NCBI GenBank assembly: GCA_032718475.1
Contig: JAUCBJ010007729.1
Coordinates: 1,099 to 65,098, forward strand
DNA length: 64,000 bases
Reading direction: 5' to 3'
From: Nemertoderma westbladi
Lineage: Eukaryota; Animalia; Xenacoelomorpha
The position numbers and the translations under genes are program-made. Within the stretch, counting starts at the first letter, position 1; the number at the start of each line of letters is the position of its first letter. The notes beneath the pieces were generated by a model. It was not told the origin of the DNA. It searched no databases and saw only the letters and a list, made by a program, of their open reading frames with translations. Below, one piece after another: positions 13,588-25,600 of this stretch.

Positions 13588-13841
13588 CAGATAAGGGGGG
13601 AAACTGGACGCAATAAAAATTCATCCCTCTCCAGGGGAAATTCGACGCAAATAACAGCTGATTATTCTCAAAAATAAAACTGTAACATGTTCTATTGTGC
13701 TTAGTTTATTGTTTTGGTTATAATAACGTACCACTGAAGCCTGATCCTTTCCCTAAATTGAGAATTTAACATTGAGGCGGGATATTAATTCGCCAAGACA
13801 GGTTTTGCTTCCAGTCCCCCCCCCCCCCCCCCCCCTGTCTC
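13588..13841. mobile_element. Non-autonomous hAT-type MITE, copy 1
   Basis: Termini CAGATAAG(G)n and (C)nTGTCTC; exact 8-bp TSD ATTAATAT at 13580-13587 and 13842-13849; second copy inverted at 20729-21012. Confidence 0.85.
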
Positions 13842-14198
13842 ATTAATATACGGTTTTGGGGACGGAATTGTACTGGCTGCCGGGACGGAATTCCCATTAG
13901 TTGAAGATTTGTTAGGAAATTCGTATTTATTTTATTTGGGTGTAGAATTCTTTCACATTTAGAGAAATTTCCAAATCTGATGTTTGGTCAGCAGATGAAA
14001 ATGGATTCTATATAACAATCTGCAAACACGATGAAATGTATTATGGATTTGGGAATAATCTAATCTATAAACACGATTAAATAAATTTATTATGGATTCT
14101 GATAGCAAAAACCCCAGCCAGCCTGCGTCTGGTTCTGCAGGACTAAATAGTTAATAAAGCTCGCACGTTGCATTGTTTGCGCACCAAGATAAACTCAC

Positions 14199-14522
14199 CG
14201 TAGATGTAGAAAAATCACCCGCATCAGTTGTATCGGTGATTGTAGAAGAACTGGGGATACCCCATGTTGTGCCGTTAACTACAGCATCGCGCTCAGTTCG
14301 TCCAATATATGTGGCGACTTTAGTCTCAGCAATGTCCGAGGGTTTCGTAGACACGAGAGGGCTGGGGGTGTCCTCGGGGGCAGGGGTGGGGCACGAGTCG
14401 CTGAAGTAGCCCTCGCGCTTTAGTACTATTACGAAACTCGCCCATCCGAACAGAGCACCCGAGAAACACAACACTTCGAATAGAGCTAGACAATAGCATG
14501 CTATGTACCTCCAAGGTGCCAT
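14199..14522 (-). CDS. First coding exon of an SLC43-family MFS transporter (SLC43A3/ENBT1- or LAT3/4-like)
   Basis: N-terminal helix LFEVLCFSGALFGWASFVIVLKREGYFSDSC matches the SLC43 signature (E..F.G..FGW.S...LK.EGYF...C). Canonical donor CG|GTGAGT after 14199 (phase 0, 108 codons). Downstream exons not recognised in the window. Confidence 0.8.
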
Positions 14523-15881
14523 TGAAAATTATAATATGATAGTCATCTAAAACAATTGTCTACAAAAACCGAAAACTCAACAGTAATAAATATATAATTT
14601 GAAAATTGCATGTAGTTCTCTTAACTTTTGCCTAAAAATAACAATATGTCAATATATATTATTTTATTAGATAACGAAAAATTTGACCATAAATTTTCAC
14701 TATGTGATTGTCACTTGTGACTATAAATTTTGATTCGGATAGGAGATTCTATGTTCGCAATATAAATAATGCGTACAATTGTTTATTTATTGTACAGTAG
14801 TTGTGTTTGTTTGAAAATCTATACATTTTTTAAGGAAAACTTTTATAATTGTATTTGTTTAAAATTTGTGAACAAAAATCGCGTTCCTAACAATGTTGTA
14901 GAACAAAAATAATTAGTTCTAGAACATAAATTTCAATAAATTAATAAATGCAAAATATCGTCGTATAACCATTTTGAATGGTCATAATTTGTATTGTTCC
15001 ATATTATACACAACAAGTTATAATTTCCAAATCAAATTAGGGATTATTTTTGATAATAGTTTTGATAATTAATATGATAGACAAATTTAATCTTCTTATG
15101 CAAAATGTGTTACCAACTACACTACAGTAATAATTGTTAACCAACTTGAAACCGGGTCAGCGGAGTTATTATCCTGATAAAAACGATTACTATTATTGAC
15201 TGACTACTTACTGTCAACTAGCCCATAAGAGATTAACAAGGAACCATACAAAACCCTCTGATCAAAGGACGCCCTATCTTAAAAGAGCATGCGTGCGTAT
15301 ATCCACGGGTGCTGAGAAACCACGCTACGCATCGGCGTCAAATATTTTAACTTTTATGGAGTCTTATATATCATCGTTTTGTGGGAAGTTTAACGGAATT
15401 CAAATGACGTCACATTACTCATCCTGACTCATTACTGACAAAAATGTGGGACATCCCTAATTACTACTTACCCACTGAGGAGGTACGATTAATAGTTTAC
15501 ACAATGTGACTAACTGTACAAACAACAGCTCAAGTAGATGTAAACAGAAAGTAAACAATGGGTTTTAACTCTTCATCTATCTATATTATAGTGAGTGGGT
15601 GTAGGTATTGGTCGTTTACGATTAGGCCTACAACTACAAACTAAATTCCAACTTCAAAATTATTACCCTACCGAGACCACGGAGAACAGCCTGAATTATG
15701 TAATGATTACGTAATATTACCGTTACCATACCCGAACAACCGGTGACCATGCCACACGTGCCGGAGATTGAGTGTAGTTACAATAAAAACAGTATAGGCT
15801 AGACATACCATATACGCTGCTACGCTCAAGGATAGGTAAATAATGGATTGATAAAGGCATATTTATATCAATAATGATACT

Positions 15882-16160
15882 AAAAGTAAAAAAAAGTTAA
15901 TTTTCTTCGGCCGCTTGGCCAGGGATTACGCACAAAGTCTGACGTCTTATTTCCAGTGCGGTCCCCCAGAACTTTACTCCCCAGAGGAAACTCTAGTACT
16001 CATTTTGCTATCACTTAAGGATGCAAGGCAGAGATGAGCCCTGGCTGGTCCCTTTATAACATTCGTGCCGAAACGAAAACTGCCCTGGCCCATGTGAGGA
16101 TCGAACCCACGACCTACAATGAGATGTGAATTCAATGCAACCACTACACCAAGATGGAAC
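15882..16160 (-). mobile_element. tRNA-derived SINE
   Basis: Minus strand shows A box TGGTGTAGTGG, B box GGTTCGATCC, a central CTCTGCCTTGCATCCTT...AAAATGAGTACTAG...GGGGAGTAAAG segment resembling conserved metazoan SINE domains, and an ACTTTT-type tail. Confidence 0.75.
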
Positions 16161-16387
16161 CTACATAATGATACCTACTAAACCTGCTAATGAACCTACT
16201 AATGATATGCTTTATTAACCGAACACACAGTTTTAACAAGAAGTGGATAAAAATTAAATAATAATATTGAAAAATTGATGCACAATAAAAATAGTACCAA
16301 ATTTTGTATAATTTAAATATCTCGTCGAATTTTTTCGAATCAATATTTATATCTATGGCATATTAATAAAGTATATGCAATAATATA

Positions 16388-18161
16388 TACCGGGTGTTCC
16401 ATAATAACCCCCCCCCCCCATGGCCCGTCAAAACTGCCATACATACATCTTAGTGTAAAATACAATTCGAAAGATAATTTAATTCTGAGCTTGCATGCGA
16501 AAATTTAGGGTCCAATATTTTTAAATCATAAATAAAAATTTTATAGGCTATTCCTTAAACCTATCTTATTTTTCAATATTTTTGATTTAATCACAATTAA
16601 AAAAACATAATTTATCCAGCGTTAGTCATCAGCTTTGCATCCATGTTTCCCCTTTGCAGCACGGGAAGCTCCTCGATAGTGGCAAAGGATGTTGGCTAAA
16701 AGGGCCGTTTTGGTTTGAGTTGAGTTTGAATATGTCGCAGAATTAAAACTCTGTGTTTCCTCCATTTGCATTGCGGACAGCAGTCTGGGAAAAGTTGATA
16801 GAAGTTTATCAAATAAATCGCTGTCATCAGCCATACTTTCCAGCACAGAAATCAGGTGTTGTTTGAGTACAACTTTGGAGTATCTCATATCGGGTTGTTC
16901 CATCATCATTAAGTCTTCAACGCGTTGCTTGACAATAGCTCCTAAATCCTCTGCTGGGTTTAGGTCAGGGGAATTTCCCGGCCACTCATTGTTTCCAAAG
17001 AAGTCAACACCAGACGCCAGTAACAACTGCTGAGTTGCTATAGCTTTCATAAGGTCACCTCATTGGTGTCTATCACGTTAACAGGGTTGTCTAAGAAGGG
17101 AAGAACATTCTCAGCAAGAGTAACTTGCCTAAAGTATTCACCATCCCACGACTGTCACTGATCTTTGATGACAAACATCATCATACGAGCTGTAAATTTT
17201 ATTATAAAAAACCCAACACACTCTGTACGGTTAGGCATTTGACGAATGCGGAACAATATCCTCCAATCGCGCCGCAGGGACCTAATTCTGTCATTCTGAT
17301 GGTTTGGTTTACGAAAACAATGAACTCATCACTGCAGGTAACATCCATAAAGTCCATCTCATCCCACAGACCAACAACCATGTTACAAAATGTAAGCCGA
17401 TCCTCACGGTTTAGTTCAGTAACCAGCGGACGTTTAACAGTGTGGAAGAGTTTAAACCCTTGACTTTGGAGTTCCCTGTGGATGGAGCCAATACTTTTGA
17501 CTTTGCCTCGATTAAGAAGGATTTCTTTTTGGATGGCCCGCACTGATTTCTTAGGGCGGCCTGCACACTCAGCAAGAATATCCTTAAATTCTTGTGAAAA
17601 GAAAATGGTCTTCCAGTTGTTTTCACTTTCCCGCAATTGTGTGGATCTTGATTCCAGTTTCGCTTCACAAAATCTTTACTACTCATTATCTTCCCCGCGA
17701 TCCACTTTGGTGATATTTGCACACCATTTGCCACAGAATCACGAGCCTCTCTAAAAGTAACAGCTCTGATCCTGTCAACCATAAGCTTTTCTTCAGAGTC
17801 ATCGAAGATTGCACTGGAACTGGTCTTTTAGAATACTGTAATATATTGCAATACAGCAAAAGTCAGGCAGTAATAACTGTTTATACATGGCTGCAAAGCT
17901 GATGACCAACGCTGGATAAATTATATTTTTTTAAATGTGTTTAAATCAAAAATATTGAAAAATAAGATAGGTTTAAAGAATAGCCTATAACATTTTTATA
18001 CTTTTGTATTGGACCCTAAATTTTTGCATGCAAGCTCAGAATTAAATTATCTTTCGGTATATGGTATATTAATGGATAATGTATAATGGTATATTACACT
18101 AAGGTGCATGTATGATAGTTTTGGCTGGCCAGGGGGGGCAATCATTATGGAACACCCGGTA
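16388..18161 (-). mobile_element. Tc1/mariner-superfamily DNA transposon with ~250-bp TIRs and decayed transposase
   Basis: Ends TACCGGGTGTTCCATAAT and ATTATGGAACACCCGGTA (TA flanks); inverted similarity from ~16388-16645 to ~17885-18161; transposase remnants KRPLVTELNREDRLTFC, CSDE and WPGNSPDLNPAE spread over several frames. Confidence 0.9.
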
Positions 18162-19412
18162 GTTATGCAGTATGTAATGCAGTATATAGAATAATGCAAT
18201 ATAATACAGTTAAGAAATTATCGAGTAAACAATACAATACCTTACCGGTGTAGAAAACAATAGAGTATATTATAGAATCAAATAAAGTATTATAAATGAA
18301 TCACAATCCAAAGAAATATAAAGCTCAAGTATATAACATTTAGTAAAATATGTATTTATTTAACATGTAGGGTCAATAGTAAATGGTGTTTTGCAAATGA
18401 CCTCCTGTTGCCTTGGTGATACGGGACCCAAAAATTTACAATTGAGCTTGGCATCAGACGGATTCGGAATCAGCACACTCGATTTAGCTTAAAACCGTTG
18501 GATGACAGCCATTACCAAAATTTGCCTTCGCCATCACTTTCTAGGCGTATTTTCAGGATTTGGAACCAGATTAATAAATACACTAAAGTGTTAACGAAAT
18601 AAATGAGTGGAAACTTCACAATCTTAGTATTCAGTAAATAAAGCTAGAGGCTGATCTATATGCTAGAGGCTGAAGCTGAGTTAATCTATATTTACTAAAT
18701 GAGTTTCAATCACAATCTGTCTGTCCATCTAAAATGCTCATCATTCCAGTAGGCCTAAGATCCACCTCAGCTAAAATTATGAAGCCTAAATAAAATAAAA
18801 TATATCTCAATTTTACCTTTTACTAGGTGAAAGGTCTGTCTGATGCCTTGAGGCTATAAGCACTTAAACCGCATAGTAATTAAAAAATATTAATCTTTGA
18901 ATATATTATGGTATTACTAGGTGATTGAAAATTGAAATACATATCGGCCCAGGGGCATCTGAAATTAAATTAAAGTGGAAGTTGATGCTAAAAGCTCCAT
19001 TATAAATATTACATATCAAAGATTACAGATGAAGATAATATTATTTATTCGTAAAATAATGTGATAATGCGCGAAGCGCAAACGTGACTATAAAGTTTAG
19101 CTACATTTTAAGACAGAAGAGGAAATTATTAAAAATTGAGAAGAAATATGAGCAGCAGGTCATTTAGCCTTCCGAACTCATTTGAAATATCGATTAAATT
19201 AATGAGTTGGAATGTTATTATGAATTATTAAAATGATAAAGAGATAATAAATGCAATAATACACAGATATTATACTGAAGATGATTCGTTAGGCTTGGGC
19301 TAAATGGATTCTTGGGCTAAATGGATTGAGTTTCAGTTATTGTTCATTTATTGCTTAAGAAGCTTGACATATATCTCATCTAAAATCTAACCATCGCTTT
19401 AGCTAAAATTAT

Positions 19413-19643
19413 GGTTATCGTTCATATGCGTACCGATGGTGTTACAGTGGTGGTGTTTTCTAACCAAAACAATAAACTAATCTCCATTACTTAATTAACG
19501 GAAAGGAGCAGGTTACAGTGGTGGGCTTTTCTAACCAAAACAATAAACATTATCTCAATAACATAGGGTATTTGGGTATTTCATAATTATAGTCTTATTT
19601 TTGCAATACGAAAATACCATCGGTACGGATATGAACTATAACT
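19413..19643. mobile_element. MITE with ~27-bp TIRs and an 8-9-bp TSD (Mutator- or hAT-like)
   Basis: GTTATCGTTCATATGCGTACCGATGGT versus ACCATCGGTACGGATATGAACTATAAC; (T)AAAATTAT flanks both sides (19404-19412 and 19643-19651). Confidence 0.75.
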
Positions 19644-20398
19644 AAAATTATTGTTGAATGCATCAGCAAATCAAAAAATCAGTAGAATGTCACCGAAATA
19701 TTATTTCAGGAAATCTATCTGTCATTGTTCGACTGTATGATTAATGATGACGTGGAGGTGATGATACATAATAATATAATCTACCTACGTACGTCGATGT
19801 AATGTTATATTTTCATAACTATATGTTGTTGCTTTATATTACCGGGACCGATACTTGTAAATGAATAATTTGCTTATGGTTCCTGCAAGAATACTATTAA
19901 CGGCGATAAATATGACATTTAAATAAAATATATAAATCAACCATAATTCGCTCAAATTAATAGATGACATTTTGATATAATTAAACAATTAACTCCTAAA
20001 AATCTGTTCAAATAAGAACTTAAATAGGCCTACTGTTTATGGATTACCGTAACCGAAGCCAGCATGAGGCAGGAAATCAGTTGAACGTGAAACTTAGGTA
20101 ACTAACTACCTGCTGATTGCTGAGCTGAAGGAACTAACTGCTGCAGCAGTAAGCTTGCTGTCCCTATTATTGTCAGCTGCACTCCTGGCAACCACCAGGA
20201 ATATATTCCAGCTGGTAATTCCAACCACTCCACGCCAGGCTCCCAGAAATATTGGCCAATCATATTCTTCTAAATTTAGGGTTAAAGGGGTGCCAACTTA
20301 TAGCGCCAACATGCGAACATTTTTAATATTCTATATCGGCCTTTATGTAATAATAGTGGGTGAGGGGATGACAATTTATTGTAGAAATCGAATATTCA

Positions 20399-20494
20399 AA
20401 AGTACACTTTATATCACCTTTATTTCACAGAAAGTACACTTTATATCACCTTTATTTCACAGAAAGTACACTTTATATCACCTTTATTTCACAG
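20399..20494. repeat. Three tandem copies of a 32-bp unit AAAGTACACTTTATATCACCTTTATTTCACAG
   Basis: Copies start at 20399, 20431 and 20463. Confidence 0.9.
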
Positions 20495-20728
20495 ATTTAA
20501 AGCTTTTTTGGCTGCGACAAAAAACGTTACAGAAAAAGACGTTACAGTTTGATATTTTTTTCTTTCTAAAAAAAGTACAGTACACCTAATTATATGTTAT
20601 TGGAGGTAATTTTGAACAGACAGCAGGACAGGTACGAAGGTAGGCTACTGCTACTACACGTAGGCCCAAGCACGTTAGAACTGGGAAAAGGCATTCTTGT
20701 CTTCCTGTTCAAAATTCCCTCCACTTAC

Positions 20729-21012
20729 TAGACAGGGGGGGGGGGGGGGGGGGGGGGGACTCGACGCAAAACCCGAATTCCTATTGCCGAATTAATATCC
20801 CGCCTCAATGTTAAATTCTCAATTTAGGGAAAGGAAGTAGGTTACAGTGGCACGTTATTTTAACCAAAACAATAAACTAAACACAATAGAACAGATAACA
20901 GTTTTATTTTTGAGAGTAATCAACTGTTATTTGCGTCCAATTTCCCCTGGAGAGGGATGAATTTTTATTGCGTCCAGTTTCCCCCCCCCCCCCCCCCCCC
21001 CACCCCTATCTG
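20729..21012. mobile_element. Non-autonomous hAT-type MITE, copy 2 (inverted relative to copy 1)
   Basis: Termini TAGACA(G)n and (C)nTATCTG; exact 8-bp TSD CCACTTAC at 20721-20728 and 21013-21020; body is the reverse complement of 13588-13841. Confidence 0.85.
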
Positions 21013-21374
21013 CCACTTACATATAATCATTAGGTGTACTTTTTTTTTAGAAAAAAATGAAAAAATCAAATGTGGCCGCAATCAGCCACGGTACGATTGA
21101 ATCTATTAAATAATATTTTATAAAATGAAATTAAATAAAAAATTAATAAATTCATTAAAAATTTAATAACAAAGACCAAAATTCTGACAGTGGACTCAGA
21201 CCGGCAGAAAATCGATCGCGATAACATTCATTCGCTGGATGGGACATATCGTAATCCAGCTCCAAGTACCAGCATCACCCTGCAGATAAGCCGCCTGATA
21301 TATGCCCAAACGTTAATAATGATAAATCCTTCCTTCACATACCGAACGCTGATAAGATTACATAATGTAATATG

Positions 21375-21523
21375 ATAACATACATCATTGTGTGTAAAGG
21401 TAACTTTTCAGCGTTAAAGACCCTTGTTTATTTTTGCAAACCTCCCTCCTTGCGCTCGCTCGGTACATAAATAAACTCGTGTCTTAAGTGTGCTACTTTG
21501 CACACAATGATGTAAATAGTTAT
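21375..21523. mobile_element. Small palindromic non-autonomous element
   Basis: TACATCATTGTGTGTAAAG and CTTTGCACACAATGATGTA inverted pair with an internal GCGCTCGCTCGG; superfamily not determined. Confidence 0.5.
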
Positions 21524-21849
21524 TGTTGACTAGAGCAGGGCTGGTGAAGTTTTACTGTTCATAAAATTTAAATAGTTTATTTCATACCCACATATTATTT
21601 TTACGGGCAAGATTTATTATTTAGGTTACATTCACACTATCAATGAAATTTACACATTTTCTTAGGGAGGAATCTGCGAAAATATTATAGGAAAAGGTAC
21701 GATATAAAATTGTTGTTAAATTAATTGAAGGAATTAAATCAAAGAGCCGTCCTGAAATTTTGACATATAAATTCAATTCAATTCGAACTTCAAGAAAGCA
21801 TTTAACTCCATCCATAGCGGTAAAGTATAATAAACTGACTCAGTAAACT

Positions 21850-22535
21850 CAACTAGTAATGGTTCTCACACCAGATGGTGAAACTGAGTTTTTAATCCTG
21901 TCTCTGGTGCACTGCAAGACGACACATGTTCCATTACTCTTCATAATTGTGTTGGATTACGCAATGAGGACGGCCACAATGGGAGAAGAAGATCTTGTAT
22001 TCACACGACAAGGACGTAGAAGCAATCCGGCAACTACAGTCACAGACACCGACTGTGCGGATGACATCACGCTGTTTTCTAATATGCTAGCAGATGCAAA
22101 ACTTTTTATAAACAAAGCGGAAAGGGTTGCTAAGGAGGTTGGATTGCAAATAAGAGATAGTATGAATACATGAAGTAATGTTAATGGAAGCTATGGAAGC
22201 TATGGAAGCCTAGCCACTATTGATAATAATCAAATAAAGAACGTAGAAGAAAAAGACATAGAAGTTAGGCAAAAGCAAAGGCCCTATGAAAAATGGATAC
22301 CATCTGGAAATCAGACCCCTCCCGTCATCTGATGAACAAGTTATTTCGAGCCACAGTGGAAAGTGTATTTTTATACGGGGGTGAGACCTGGACACTGACT
22401 AAATCACTTGAACAACGAATTGATGGTTGCGACACATGACTACTAAGGGCAGCCCAAAACATCAGCTGGAGACAACACATGACAAACGCCGATCTTTGTG
22501 GTACATTACCACCTGTATTAAGTAATCTACGTAAA
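21850..22535 (+). mobile_element. Old RTE-clade LINE fragment, degenerate
   Basis: VLTPDGETEF, LFIIVLDYAMR, DTDCADDI, then VESVFLYGGETWTLTKSLEQRIDG and ISWRQHMTN, with stops and frameshifts; similar to the RT at 39592-41409. Confidence 0.85.
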
Positions 22536-22676
22536 AATGCACAAAATTATTCAGTAATGGCAAAAATAATTGCGATGTGCCACATTAAAATTACTGTAGC
22601 CTTTTTTGTAACTGGCCATATTTAACATTAGTTAATATTAACAAATAATATTTAGAACGCAAATTTAAAGTTGTGA

Positions 22677-25600
22677 CTATTTTCCACCTTCTGATATAAT
22701 TTTCCGCAATCCTGACTTTAGCAATTGATCAAGTTTATAGGGATTGCAGTGAGGGGAGTTTATCATGTTCTGTATTTCGTTTAGATGATCCCGTATCGAC
22801 ATATTGCCGGTTGTCTTCACATCGCTGGCTTCAATTACCGTCGGGCTGTAAGTCAATGTTGTGTTAGTACGATCACTGCTCACATTGGTTGGCTGTCTCT
22901 CATTCTGAGCGTTTTCATTGGCTGATGCACTTTTTCTTGTCGGCCGTTTCTGGGCCGCTCTTCGCTTCAAAACATGTTTGGGATTGTTATCTGTTACGTG
23001 ATGCAGTTGCCGTCGAGACTGGGACGGCGAGTCGTCTATGAAGATCAACTGACTTTCTGGGTAAATTCGCGAACGAGAATTCCAGGAATCAACATCAGAT
23101 ATATAACCCGAGCTGTTGGAATTAATGACGTCACGTTTTCTACTTCCAGATTTGTCTGAAATAATGAAGTCACGCATTCTACTCTCAGATTTAGATCGTG
23201 AGTACAACTTAATACTTGGCTCGTTACAAATTTTGATTGGCTTTGATTGGCTATTGTTGAAACATTCTGTGCCGAGTTGAGCCGGTCTTCGACTTCTACA
23301 CCAACACGGCCACCACTGGTATCGACTCAGTATAGAGATCCACGACCGAGTATCTGCTTGGTCTTCTGCCCTCAGTGCGATATCCCGCGGTACTGTCGGA
23401 ATCGTCAAAGTGAAGGTATTTGGGGAATCTCTAATAACACTAGAACCATGGAGACAGAAACTGTAACGGCATGGAGAATTGGTTGAAGGGAACATATAGA
23501 ACACGGACTGAGAGACGCTGCACCAATAGGGAAGCCAAAACCCGTCGTCAGTGAGGTAAGTTAAATACCCGTTAATAAGCGGGAAGTCTAAATCGTTTGG
23601 GAACACGTTTTCCTCGGGGCTATTTATATCGTCTCTACTGTCGTTACTATCTACTAACGCACACCGGTGGGCGTTGTGAGTGGCTATCCAGGAGCTTTGA
23701 GAACGTTTAGACAGCGGATTCATAGTTGGGTTGCGGATCTTTAGACTATCGTATAAGTCGGCTTCCAAGTCGTCGATACTTGCGGAGTCCATTTTATTCT
23801 TGTAGTTGATGCTGGTCGGCGTTGAAATCACATTGCTTTGAATTGTTAATTCGCTGGCTTGGGATTGGTCGGTGCGCACGCTTGTAGAACTGCTAGTCGC
23901 CGACCAATCAACAGTATCCTTAAGTACTTCGCCATGTCTTGTTCTATGGACTTCTTTATTTGGGGTAATAGGAAGTCCAATAGAATTAGTAAGTGTTGCT
24001 AAGTCGTTGCTACATGTTGCTACGTCGTCGTTGGAAGTGTTAATAATAATTTGAGGTAAAACTAAATTCGGCGAAAAACAAATAGCTTTTTTAACAAAGT
24101 TAAACCATTGATGGAAGTTTGATTTCAATTCGACATCGATTAATATTATCTTATTTGTAGTTTTATTTACGAGAAGAACTTGTGTGTCATTTAGAACGTA
24201 TAGATTTTTCTCGCTACTTGTTCGTTTGTACATGATGTTCTGCACCTTAGAAGCTAATCTTTGCCGCAAGTATTTGGAAAACGAACCACGAGGTTCTGTC
24301 GAGGACTTTTGCTCTACGAGCGGATGCGTCATGAGGTCATAATTTGTTAGAATTATGACAAACAAAGGTTTCGGAGAATTCTTATTCAGGAAGAAACATA
24401 GAACTGAAAATACTGCGATTGTCCAATACCGTGTTCCGTTAATGGTTAACCAGCCGGTTTGGGCGGGGTCTATAATATCTTTGCGTTCTAATCTTCTACG
24501 TATTAGATTCTCATTGCCACTGATCATTGCTACTTGCAGTATGTGTGTGAGATTGCGATTAACTTTTCCCCACTGTGTGACTGCTGAGTCAAATTTCATC
24601 TGGGGTTGTTTACGGTTTACGTTGCTTTGTACTATCGGCACATCTCCCCTCTCATGGGAGCGTTGTTGAGGTTTAATAATATAATCTATTTGATCGACAG
24701 ACTCAACATTTAGGGCTTCCACGTCTATTTTTGACAAGAAGCTATCCTCGTATTTCAAATATGTCAAACTTTCATTGTTAGAAGATTTTTGGTTGACTTC
24801 AGGTTGTAACACACCACATAACGACGATAACTTGGGATGGTGTCTCCCATTGGCTTCCTTTACTTTACGTACCGTTCGAAACGAATGTGATCGTTTAATA
24901 AGCGAATGATGTGTTTCTTTCTCGGGAGTGGTTGGTAACGAACCTGCAGTCCGAGAATTAGTCATAGTCGTTCTCGCTGGATGTGCAGGGATCTCGAGAA
25001 GCGGTAGGTTTGGAGTTGTTTTCTGGTTTTGTAGGAACTGCGCGGGAATTACGATCTTGCGAATAGGACTGCGTTGAGATCCTCCCTCCTGTGAATCCTG
25101 TAACAAATCCGCCGCTTTACTTACCTCCTCATTTATTCCACTTCCATATTTGTCTCTATTTCTATACCACGACGAATGTGTTTCAACGTGACGTGGCCCG
25201 CATCCTAGACTCTTCGCTTCTCCACTTCTTAGCTTACTTTCAGAAATTGGCTTGCCAAAATCTTGCCATTCATGAAGATCTGACTTTGATTGTAGCAATT
25301 TCGGAACCTCACCAGCCGCGCCTCTTTCCTGCGATTTCGAAATATCTTTGTCACATGCTCTCAATTTCGAAGCCTTTTCATCTCTTTCTTGGCATTGGGA
25401 AACCTTACTTCCCCCCTTTTCCCATTTCGAATCGTCATCACCCCAAACTTTCATCACAGAAACGTCAGAACCGATTTGTTGCCAAATTGGAATTGATTTT
25501 ACTTTCTCATGATTGGTACCTTCTGTGATGTTGATCTTCTCCAATGAAATACCGGTTGGTTGATTGAGGGGAAATTTCCAATCTGAACCCAAGGAAAATT

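Noticed and set aside
19616-19636. GGTACGGAT in a MITE TIR as the origin of the 27-bp satellite
   Set aside because: The match is only ~9 bp and does not extend.
20155-20589. 144-aa plus-strand ORF
   Set aside because: Non-ATG start, runs through a 32-bp tandem repeat and into a foldback element, and has no recognisable domain.
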